A stretch of DNA of 64,000 bases, taken from assembly GCA_051362555.1 (NCBI GenBank), contig CM120640.1:6262001-6326000 (forward strand). Direction: 5' to 3'. The translations under genes and the position numbers were made by a program. The number at the start of each line of letters is the position of its first letter. The stretch's first letter is position 1. The stretch is from Lingula anatina. Taxonomy: Eukaryota; Animalia; Brachiopoda. The notes beneath the pieces were generated by a model. It was not told the origin of the DNA. It ran no database searches and saw only the letters and a list, made by a program, of their open reading frames with translations. This document shows, piece by piece, positions 18,782 to 30,097 of the stretch.

Positions 18782-21700
18782 ATGAATCAGGTGCATTTGC
18801 TGCTGACTTTGTTGGTTGGGGTTATTTACTTTCAAGGTGAGAAGCCAAGCCTTTTCTAGTACCATTCTATCGTTTTATATACACATTGTTTTCAATATCA
18901 ACTTGTTCTCTTTTCTGATCTTGTAAGGGCGCCTACGACAAATCAATGTCAGCATCTCCTTTGATTGTAATGAACTGACTTAGGCCTGAAGGAAGAATAA
19001 CAGTGTTTCTCTTTCAGTTGCATAATCATGATAATGGCATTCATCACGCTGGAGGTTTTCAGTCTTCATTCAATCTATCAATGGAGTTATTCCTTTTGTT
19101 TCGGTTCATTAGATTCATCATTATTTCTATTTCTACCAGCAATTTTACCCATTTGTTTATGGCTGTACTGAGAAAGTAAATATTTTAGGCAAAAAGCTGA
19201 ATAGTGCACCACAACTATCTCGAAACGAGGAGGCAGGGGGCTTCAATTGCTTTCTATCTCAAAGTCCATTAATTCGTGTCTCTAACTCGTTGTGTGATGA
19301 TATTGATATTGATAATAAGCCTGTGTGTTTTATGCAGCTTTGGGGTTTATCTGAAATGTTTTAATCGCACTTAAAATACATGATGCATCATGAATCCATA
19401 CAACAGGAGGATTAAATCCATTCGTTTTAAGGATGCTTATAGTAAGGCCCAAAGGAACGTAAGGTATCGGTTTATTGCCTACGGAACGTATTGCAATAGT
19501 TGTTATCACTGCCTAATGCGGGTAAACATTGGGAATTAGTAAATTACAAAGAGAATAATAGCAGGCATGGACTGCACCACAGTTTAGCTACATAACAACA
19601 GCTGTATATTAGGGTACTTATTCTCAACGGTGGCCACAATTAATCTGCGGCGTGCTTTTTCAGTGCACTGTTGAGTATGTGATAGTTGAAGATTCCGCGT
19701 TGTGGCAAAGATAAAAATCTATATTTGAAAGAGATACCTAATATTACTATAAGTATTCTCTGTCACTTTCGGAGATGGACCACATTTTAACGTATTGCAT
19801 TTAAATTCTCTGTCATTTTCAAAGATAGACCACTTTTTAACGTATTTCAGTTTATGCGCTTTGTCACAAGTAAAGCATCGAAAATGCCAGTGAAACGTTT
19901 CTTGTTCCAGCAGCTGTCTCTAATAAATGTTTACCCAGTTTTTTAATTGTGATTAACTCGAATTAATATCTGTGAAAGGTGTCAAGAAATATCGATAGAA
20001 AGCAGCCAGCTGAGTCCCTATCCTGTTAGTATTGATTTATGTTTAATGGAGCGTGCACGTCCTGTTCCCTGCTAATGATCCGACTGTAATGGCCCGTAGG
20101 TAGAATTAACGGCTTACTAATACGCGTATTAAATAAAACGATACTCTCTTTAAGACCAATGCCAAATTCACAGTGCTGTCACAGTTAATAAGTTAACACA
20201 AAGGGACATCTTAAACATCTTGGGGAGAGAAAAGTAAGAGAAAGATCAATGGTTCTTTTAATCCCAAAAGGTAAATTACGGAGAACGTGCTGATACTTTA
20301 ATTTTTACAGGACAGACTTTCTTAGAAAACAAAATGATTGATTTGATGGCCTTGATCTTCATATTTCTGATACTACCACTATTGCCAGTTTAACACACTT
20401 GAGAAAATCGCTTTCTTGTCAGCCTTATTTGAAAAAGTACACAAAAATCAAATTTAAACGTCACATGAAAATCGATTTATTCACACAGACATTTACCACT
20501 GTAGGTCACAGTATGAATAGCCTTAACGAACGTAAATTTGAACGATTAAAAAAAGCCAATATAATTTTTTTTTACAAATAAAGTGCCCTGAGGTTGAATT
20601 GTACGGTGGAGAGGCTGTCCGGGTAGAAGTGTCCGGCAAGGGATTGTCCGGGTGGGTTTTTTTATTATACCGTAAAATGAAACAGTTCCACCATCCTGAC
20701 GTAAACACGTATCTGAAAGTATTCGCTTTTTAGGTTATTATTGCAGTCGATTAAATGACTAATTTCATAATGGATAGACGATCAAAGTGGCACAGAAGTA
20801 AATCAATCCAATCTCTTCATAATGTTGGCTTTTCCAGATAAAGGATCGCTTAGTATTTGACTGGTATAATACAGAAATTAACTTCGAAAATTGACAAAAT
20901 TGTTACATGTTCCTAAAAAAGTAACATTTCAATAAAGAGGCGATTCAGCTATAACAAGTGCATGATAAACGTAATCAATAGGAGGCTTTTCACGTTTGCC
21001 AGAAATTCGCCTTGTCTGATATTGGCGGCGTCATTGGTTGAAATCAAATCACATGCCGTTCGATATCTGGAGAGCGAACGTGCCCATCATTTTCTGTACT
21101 ATTCAGTGATCATGTCCGTTACCATGGTTACCACATACTTAGCCGTTCTCGATGGGACGTCATCAATATCGTAACTTCGAGACAGAAAAAGCATGCTTCT
21201 CACATCCTGAAGTCTTTTCCCCTTTAGGCTCCTGGTTTTCAGCCCTCGTCTTCGTTATTGCGTTCTATGAGCCTGATAAACAGTCAGTGAACAGTGGGAT
21301 TACAAATGTTTCAGAAGAAGTTTTGTTTTTAATTGCGGAACCGCCTATATAATTTTAGGGAACCCTTACCCCTCCTTCCTCCATCTGAATATAATCAGGC
21401 CAATATATATATCCTGTTTCTCAGGTGGTTTATATATGTACTCTACCAATGAAGAGTAGCAAATGAGGCAAAAAGTGCTGTACACCTGGCCCTCGTGGGC
21501 CGGTAAAAAAATCTTCACTTGGCAATACTAGTATGTTGTAGTTAGTATTCATACGGCATGGCTAAGAGCTCCCAATTTCCAGACAGTTTCACCTGCCCAC
21601 TCTGTAAGAAGACTCAAGAGACTTAAGTTCAGTAAACAAAACTTCTATTCGGTTTTTATTACATCGTGTCAAGAATACAAGATTTAAAAAAAATGCAAAA

Positions 21701-24700
21701 TACACAGGAAGAAGCCAAAAGATGTGGCATCTTAATTTTTTTTTTGTTTGTTTGTTTGTTTTGTTTTTTAAAAGACTCTCGAAACCAGATATTTTCGTTC
21801 GTAAATAAATAAAAAAAAACTGCAATGGTAACTTAAGGACACAAGTGATACTTTCTATAGTATTTTTAGTTTCGGGAACTAGTATGCAGCTGTTTCTTCT
21901 CTTTCTTTGAGCGGCACACGCAACCCTGAATGTCTGTACCTATCTAGATAAAACTTGGAATCCATGCATATCTGTTCCAAAAAACAAACCGTCCGTTGGC
22001 CTAGGGTTGGTAGCCAATGGTTCAAGACGTCTCATCGTATATACGATCTGCTTCATGTAGAAAGCACATGCTGGTATTGTATAAAAGATAGTTAGACAAT
22101 ATGTTTGCATGTCTGTTAGGGTGACCTCAGTTCCCAAAGATATCAAGTTATCACTGTAGCGTAACTTCTTCGTCTCCGTTCTTTTTCATCCAGTGAATTG
22201 GAAGTGATTGCTTTATCGTTATATCTCACACCTGTCTAATACGTTACTGTAAGTTAAATGTGAATTAACACTTATGTATGCCCAAGTCAATATTATCTTT
22301 TGACCAATTGCCATAAAAGGAACTGAATATTTAATGGCAGCTATTTGTATAATGATTTGGTATAGGCAACAGATGCTCCGATTCGCATTTGTTGCTTTTT
22401 TCGGGAAATTAAGCCAGCCAGCAAACACAGAACGTTATTATAACGTAAGCATCACGTTTTTTGGTTGTATAAACGTTATGATAACGTTAAAATAACGTTA
22501 GCATCACGTTTTTTTTTTTTGGTTGTTGTTGTATTTATAAACGTTATGGTAACGTTATAATAACACTCTGTGTTTGCTGAGCGTTGGCCCCAATATATGA
22601 TCAACATGTTACACAACAGTTTGGCAACCTTTAACTTACTTTTAACATCTTATAACAAGGCAGACGTGTGATGGTCGTGTATTATTTTTAAATACATTAT
22701 AAAACGAAAGTGTTCACAATGTCAAAAGCGTCTACTTTAAGAAAAATACTGGTTGTCCACTTAAAAGTTTTTAGTTCAGGAATAATCAGGTTCATATCAA
22801 TCCGTTATGAGCAAGCAGAGCCGATTTTTACGGCTGTTCAGATAACATTTCAGTAAGGTTAATGCACCAGTCGCCCCTTTTTTGTGCACTTCTTTGTAAA
22901 GAAGTCTCCACTTGATAAAAATTCTTTTACCTAATTTTCTAAAGATCAAATCACTACATAGCAAAATATCTAAGGTTGTCATTATGATAAATTGGTCATG
23001 TTCTATCTAAAGCATACATGATAGCCTGTATGATTAGTGCCTGTATGTCAGCAGCCCTACTAGTCTCACTTCGCTGCCAGTGGTTCCTGAACGTCTTCGC
23101 AATATACTGAAAGCATTGCAGATACCGAAAGCATCGCTGAATTCTCAATCTGCAAAGTTCAGCAAAGCGTTACTCGGGGTATTTAAATATGCTGTACTTT
23201 TTAATCTGATTGACGAATATTTGGGCGTTTTGATGTCATTCTTCACTGTATAAGTAAAGACAGAGACTAAAAGTCTTCTTTTTTGTAATTATCTGTCTAT
23301 TGCGCATCAATCGTGTATTTCACTCTCGCTAACCATAAGGATAAAGTGATTGCTTGCATTTCTTTTCTTCTTTATTGAGTTTACTTGTCGTACATCTAGT
23401 TGCATTTATATGTATATTAAGTACTGTCACTGAGACGTATGATGTCGAAAATTCAGTATACCATGATATACTCCTACTTAAATCGGAAGGTCCACAAATC
23501 TATTCTTCAGCTTTTCTGCCATCCCGGACAAGCGATTGATAGATGGCCGGCTGGGAAAACTAGGATTGTGTCTTCTAAATGGAAATTGACACTTCCTGGT
23601 TAATTGTGTTTGTACCCTCACGTACAATTGTAAGTTAATTCCCGAACCTCCCGTGTGTAGCGCTCTTCTGATCGCAATGTTTTAACCTGTTTAAAATAGA
23701 AGTAATCATAATGCAAGGCCTTTTTACCACAGCAACCGCAAAATGTACCAATGGCATAATGAATGGATAGATTAACTAATATATATTGAACGTATCCAGG
23801 CTTTGGGCAAATATTTCCAATCCTTGTACGAAAATAGTAATAGGGAATTAGAATTATTTGGTGTTACAGCAGCAATAATATACTTCACGTGAGTGAATGA
23901 CAACTGTCTATAATTGCTTGATTTAAATCTAGAAACGTAGTGATCTCTTAGAATAAAATTTAATCAATGAAAACCATTCGAGATACATGTAGCTGAAAGT
24001 CTTGCAACTTATCGTAAAATGAACAGAAAATTCACGAGATTCAGAGGAGTGTGGGTCAGGAATAATGGCAGACTAACGAGTGCGATGCGACAACAAATAA
24101 TGGCTGGCAGAATTTATCCACATGTATCTTTGGTTGTCTTTCTGTTCAGTCGAATTGCTTTCTAAAATAATATTTTCGGCGAAAAGATTTTCTGGAGGTC
24201 AGAAAGTCTGGTATGTCGTCACGTTTCAGGATATCTTAGGCTATTTCAATTTTCATTATGATTTACCTCTTTATTTGGTTATAATAAATAATGAAGAGCA
24301 TCTGGTCACCTTATGAAAATGAAATTTTCCAGAACTGGAAGGCAACCCCGATGCCCGTAGGCTGTACGATGATTTGTTCAGAAAACGAAAGTACAATAAA
24401 CTCATCCGTCCAGTAGGCAACAACACGGACAAACTGACGGTCAAATTGGGATTGAAGTTAACTCAGCTCATAGATGTGGTACGTATCATACTAGCAATAA
24501 ATGTCAAGAATATTTACAAATTTTGTTATACATGCACATGGGCGCACTACAATATTTTCTGCAAAGTGCTCAAAAGACTAGCTCAAAAATCCGCATATAA
24601 CTAAAATGCATCATTAATTCAAAACATCCAGGCATTTTGTTATCCCTGTCCGAAAATATTTTTATTTGGGATTTAGACCAGTGCAGGTTGTCTCTGGAGT

Positions 24701-27700
24701 ATTCAAGATGATTCGAGTAATGAGTTTCCTTATCCTAACAGACTTGATTTACATTTACATGATGACTCTTCTCAGAAAGGGAGGCGATTGGAATTTCTTC
24801 AATAAATTGCCACCAAATTGGATTCTCCCGATGATTGTGGATCGTATGAGGTGATCCCATGATCCATTATTTACAATTATGTGTTTTGGCTGTAAGAAAT
24901 CAAGGAGATTGATTTTTCCCCTGTACGTTAATGAAGTGTAAGGATCAGAGCTATGCCGACCGTTCACATCAACTGAACACGAGACGCCGTCGGTAATACG
25001 GCGTCGGTAATCAAGACGGAGACGTTTTGAACTTTTCCACCTCAATCTTGATGAAACATTCTTGTCCGCTAAAGTGCATATAAATCAGCTTCTCACAAGA
25101 ATTAAAAAGATGAAAACATAATTCTGCCTTACAGTTATTGATTTTGAATTATGAAATGTAATGTTTAATTAGTGAAACAAAAGACAACATTCAACTGTGA
25201 TCATCGTTCTCTTTCATGATTGTTAGGATGAAAAGAACCAAATAATGACAGTGAACGTTTGGTTGCTGCACGTGAGTATGAAACTAAGTTATTAAAACCA
25301 GAGTTATTTTTTCACAATATTAAACATTCGCATTTTTTTCTTGACTTCAAAAAGATCTCTTGCTTTTACAAATTGTATAAAAGTGTATTTATTCTATTCG
25401 CATGGAGCATTCAGTTCGTAACAGTTATTTGAGTTCCAGTAAAGTTCGTAATCAACTTGTTTTTATAGCCTTTTTAATCTAGGTTGATTCTGTTCATTTG
25501 CTTTTATATATTTTATAGTGATAATGCATGTATTCCTTTTTCTTTATTTGTGTTCGCTGTAATTGTCACTTTTGAATGATAAACAATATTCATATTATTA
25601 CTTGTCTTTCACATACGTTGATACGCATGTGTTAAGGTACGGTGATCAGAATCTAGCATACTCATCATTGTCAATTAATGTAACAGGAAAGATTTTTTTA
25701 AAATTTGAATGCTTTTTACAGTCAGTTCATGACTTAAAGCCTGTAGTCAGTCTCACCAGATTCTGTCAATTCTAATCTAGGTAAATGACATAGAAGAGAG
25801 AGAATACGTTGGAACTAATTTCAGCTTCTGTCTTTTCATTTCTAAATTCATATATTCATCCTGAGAGAAATGAGAGTTCTATGAAAAGCAAAGTAACACT
25901 AACCACATCTAGGCACAGGCTACACTGAGGCCACGATATTGGCATTTAAAACTAATAGCCTAGTGTTTCAATCTACCCAAGTGGTATATTAGGTTTCAAC
26001 ACCTGGTAGCAAAAGTTTGAACTAATATCTTTAGAAATAATTTCATACGACCCCAGACGTTCTTCAACAATCCGTAGTTAAAGTTGTCCATTGATAAGAA
26101 CGCATCTACAAGGGTCGAAACAAAACATTTCCTGGTTAAGACATTGTCTACTGAAACGCTGAACAGACAAATATATTATTTTTTTCCCCGTAAAATTCTT
26201 GTTTTCCAAGATGCATCACAAACATAATCCATAAATCTTCCAGATCTGAGTCATTTCCGTATAATAATGGGTTTTCCCTCGTATTTCTGTTGAAATTTGC
26301 CTGGTCTGTCAATGGTGTTTATCACTGTTCGAGTATGCTTTTTTCTACATTGCCCAGCATCAAGGGGCCCTTTTTAACCCTTGTCACCGGCAATTATCTG
26401 GGTGCAGGCTCATTATAACAGATTTATTGATATGTACGCTGTATCACTCAATGGAAATCACCAATAGCGTTATCAAGCAGTATGAATGTTTTGTATTAAT
26501 TGTTTATCGTAAGAGGTAGCCCGTGGGCTTAAATGTTCTCTCTCCTGAATGAGAAGTAAAAGGACATGCAAATATGACCTTCTACCACCCACACAAATTT
26601 TTCATAAATACCTGTAACCAAAACAGCTAGAGTACACCTCGTACAGGAAAGTGGCCATCTCTAAACACTTTCCATTTCATCTGGAGCAGTGCTCCAATAC
26701 ATCTGATATTTCTCAGGAAACTGTGGCTCTACTTTTGTCACATGCTTTTAATTAGTTCCAATTTATCCCGCCGAAATGTTCAAATTTACTCCACATTTGA
26801 CGAAATCTGGCCAATCGAATTCTTAAAATTTGGTGAGAAGGTCGCAAAAACGCATCACATCTTTATCATAAAAAGATCGAATAATATGACTAAGACAGTA
26901 ACTCTCAGTATCTCTGCCTATCAGTCCGTCGTGACAACATTTTCATGAAAATTTAAAGACAGCAGAATCTTTCCTCGTAAAAAATCAAAATAATGCCTTT
27001 GCGTGCCTTGTCTGGGGAGATAGAGGATGTCATATGGCGTAGGCGTTTTGCCTAGGGCCTGCAGAAATGAAAAAGGCTGTTCCAATATATCCACGTTTGG
27101 ACTTAGGCTTCGTTCACATGGAATGTCTATTTTCTAAAAATCTATTTTCTATTCGCGCTATCTTATGATCACGGTCTGTGCCCTGAATATCCCGCGGCGT
27201 AATTACTGGCAGCGCGAGCCAGTTACCTATAGTAACTTATAGTAACTGGCTCGCGCTGCCAGTAATTACGCCGCGGGATATTCAGGGCACAGACCGTGAT
27301 CATAAGACATACCGCGAATAGAAAATAGAATTTAGAAAATAGACATTGCATGTGAATGAAGCCTTACCCCACTTTCTCCTATATTGTTCTGATGGCTTGT
27401 TTGTTTGTTTGCTTGTTTGTGTTTGTTTTTTGTTTTAACTTATTCACATAGTTACTTGAAAACTCAACATGAACCTGAATTTTGATTTATTCCAGCATTT
27501 TTTCATTTTCATTGATATTTGTAAGATGATTAATGTCCAACACCAGATTATACAAGAGATATATGCGCATTTTAATGCACAATACCAATACATTTAATAA
27601 ACCTTTTTTGCATGTGGCATAAAGGAGGCATGTTACAACTTGTAGATGTGTGCACATTGTGTCATTAAAAGGCTAATAAGAGCACTGCACCACTGAATCA

Positions 27701-30097
27701 GAGCATGCCGGTAATAATCTTTGCGTTTTACTAACTTTGCTGCTAACAGGAATGGGTAGACAAACAACTCACCTGGGACTACAGGAAATACGGGGGAATA
27801 GACAAGCTTATGGTGCCTGCAAAACACATATGGCTTCCAGATATTGTTCTGTATAACAAGTGAGTGAAGTAAACGCTTTTTTTTTTTTTTTTTTTTTGGT
27901 TTTTGTTTCTGCTTGTGATAGGTGTACGGCGATTACTCCTGGAATGTGGTTGATGACGGTAGGTTTCCCTCATTGCGCTGTTGAATGTACTCGCTGGTAA
28001 TTTGCGCAACTAACACATTTAATGAGTGAAATTATATCATTAGTTTTACAACGTTATCAGGAATGGAACGACACTAGCCTGCTCTGGAAGCCTATAGAAT
28101 ACGGAGGAGTTAAAAAATTATTTGTTCCAGTTGGTGATATTTGGAAACCCGATATTGTGCTCTACAACAAGTGAGTTTTTTTTTCACCTTTTATCTTCTC
28201 CTCACCATAAACCTTGTCTTAGAAATAACACGTGGATGTTTATAGTACTATTGATTTTTAGCATAAGGTAGGCACTTAGCTCATTGTTGCACTTATCTTT
28301 CTTTTCAAAATCATCGTTTTATTTCCCTTTTTCTTAATGTGGTCTGATTTCAAACAGGGAATGGTGTCATGTTCTCGGCAAAATATGAACAGTCATCTTT
28401 CATTATTGTCTTCTTCCTTTTCAGTGCGGATGGCAACTACCAAATTACAATTATGACCAAAGCGACAGTTTACCATTATGGGAGAGTCAAATGGGAACCA
28501 CCTGCAATCTATAAAAGCTACTGTCCGATCAATGTAGAGTTCTTCCCATTTGACGAACAGAATTGTCATATGAAGTTCGGATCTTGGACATACGACGGAT
28601 TCCAAGTGGATTTAAAACACAGAGAGCATCCGGATATCCAGGACGACATCCGGATTGAGAACGGAGTCGACGTGTCTGCGTACTCCAGGAGTGTGGAGTG
28701 GGACCTGATGGACGTGCCGTTTTCAAGGAATACAAAATATTACCCTTGTTGTCCTGAACCATATCCTACCATCACATATAACATCACAATTCGCAGGAAG
28801 ACTCTTTTCTATACTGTCAATCTAATTATACCCTGTGTGGCCATATCATTCCTCACAGTGTTAACATTTTATCTGCCATCACACAGTGGAGAGAAAATCA
28901 CACTTTGTATTTCCATTTTGCTGTCTTTGACTGTGTTCTTCTTGCTGTTGGCAGACTTGATTCCCCCGACGTCTCTGGTGATCCCACTAATCGGGAAGTA
29001 TCTGCTTTTTACGATGATCCTTGTGTCGTTAAGTATCATAGTGACAGTGATGGTTCTGAACGTCCACTTCCGGTCCCCTGCCACTCACAAAATGTCTCCT
29101 TGGGTGAAGAAAGTGTTCCTGTCCATCTTGCCTCGTCTGCTGCTGATGAGAAGGCCAAAACTAGATACGGACAAGGGGGCAAAGGTATTTGTTTCACTAA
29201 GTTTACTTTACAGAAATGGGTAGCAAGTTCTGCAAACGCTGTGCAATGAAAGAATGTTGTTGAAAGGAAAGTATTTTAAAACCTCTAGTAGGTAAAAAAA
29301 TGCACATAAGAAAGATGTAGTTTTTGGGTGGGATGATTTTTTTCTTTATTCCCATGCGTCTACGTTGGTTAAATTGACAGACCCGCGTGAGTAGAGGTCA
29401 ATTAAAGTGTGGTTATTAAAGCAATGCGTTGAGGGAGTGTGATTAAAAACAGACTCAATTTTTTTACCAAATGTAATATCCAGGTACCCGTGGGCGCTGT
29501 AAACGGCGTTAGTGCCAAAAGTCCTTACACTGCCGATACCTACGATAACTTGCCCGGTAACCCCAGTGATCCTCTGCTTGAAGATTCGGACGCGGCTTTA
29601 CTGAAGTACCCGTGGCCCGTGCAGCGTGCCCTGCAGGGAGTGAAGTTCATCGCAGATCACTTGAAGTCTGAGGATCAGCAGCATAGCGTAAACTAAATTT
29701 CTAATTATTTGAAAAAGTCAAGTATGAATTAATGAGATTTACTTGCCAAGGTAAAATGGTAAAATAATTGGGATTATTCAAAGTAAGAAGGCTTCTGAAA
29801 AAAATAAATAAAAAGTAAAAATAATAACTTTATGTGTTTTGTTCTGAATTTTCGATTTTAACGAAAGCACTTTAAGGCAATGTATTGATGTCTTGCTTTT
29901 TTTAAGAGCGTCTTTCATTACTTTTATTCTAGGTTGAAGAAGACTGGAAATATGTTGCAATGGTTTTGGACAGACTATTCCTGTGGATCTTCACGCTCGC
30001 CTGCTTGGTGGGAACTCTTGGTATCATTTTGCAAGCACCCACCATGTACGATGGCAGAACCCCGCTCAACATTGCAAACAGCGACGACTATCAATAG
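18782..30097 (+). CDS. Nicotinic acetylcholine receptor alpha subunit, paralog A (494 aa). Exons 18782-18836, 24333-24478, 25227-25271, [27750-27859 or 28061-28170], 28425-29184, 29484-29687, 29933-30097
   Basis: Signal peptide [18 protein letters not shown]; [11 protein letters not shown]; Cys-loop [15 protein letters not shown]; loop B WTYDG; vicinal cysteines YYPCCPEPY; M1-M3 with GEK; [11 protein letters not shown]4. All junctions GT-AG and in phase (55+146+45+110+760+204+165 = 1485 nt). Confidence 0.96.
19984..20118 (+). promoter_or_regulatory. Conserved non-coding element in nAChR-A intron 1 (counterpart ~50156-50290, - strand)
   Basis: GCTGAGTCCCTATCCTG..TATTGATTT.T..TTAATGGAGCGTG...GTCCTGTTC.CTGCTAATGATC...GTAATGGCCCGTAGG shared by both paralogs. 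Confidence 0.8.
22419..22579. mobile_element. Small MITE (EnSpm/CACTA-like CAGCAAACAC ends) with internal AACGTT repeats
   Basis: CAGCAAACACAGA ... TCTGTGTTTGCTG inverted termini; repeated AACGTTAT/ATAACGTT subterminal motifs. Confidence 0.65.
24768..24938 (+). promoter_or_regulatory. Conserved non-coding element in nAChR-A intron 2 (counterpart ~44600-44768, - strand)
   Basis: Shared GAATTTC...AATTGCC...AAATTG.ATT, TCCAT.ATTTACAATTA..TGTTT(T)GGCT.T.AGAAATC.AGG.GATTGATTTTT...TAATGAAGTG. Confidence 0.7.
27106..27363. mobile_element. Fold-back PIF/Harbinger (Tourist-like) MITE, 258 bp
   Basis: Whole element is an inverted repeat GGCTTC.TTCACATG.AATGTCTATTTTCTAAA...; perfect 66-bp core 27161-27226 / 27242-27307; flanked by TTA on both sides. 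Confidence 0.85.
27750..27859 (+). CDS. nAChR-A alternative exon 4a (110 nt)
   Basis: TACTAAC branch point...cag|[36 protein letters not shown](N)|gtgagt. Confidence 0.9.
28061..28170 (+). CDS. nAChR-A alternative exon 4b (110 nt)
   Basis: cag|[36 protein letters not shown](N)|gtgagt. Confidence 0.9.

Noticed and set aside
25272-27749. Additional exon 3 or exon 4 variants in nAChR intron 3 (and 42875-44149 in B)
   Set aside because: No further DEKNQ- or EW.D/W.PD-encoding segments found by eye; a tBLASTn would be needed to exclude very diverged copies.
28873-28930. Anion-selective nAChR (known in molluscs/annelids)
   Set aside because: M1-M2 linker retains GEK with no proline insertion; cation-type.
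28869-29249. Duplicated alternative-frame/antisense ORFs (71 aa identical to 41523-41738; 114 aa vs 88 aa) as hidden genes
   Set aside because: Fully explained by nucleotide identity of the converted nAChR tract.
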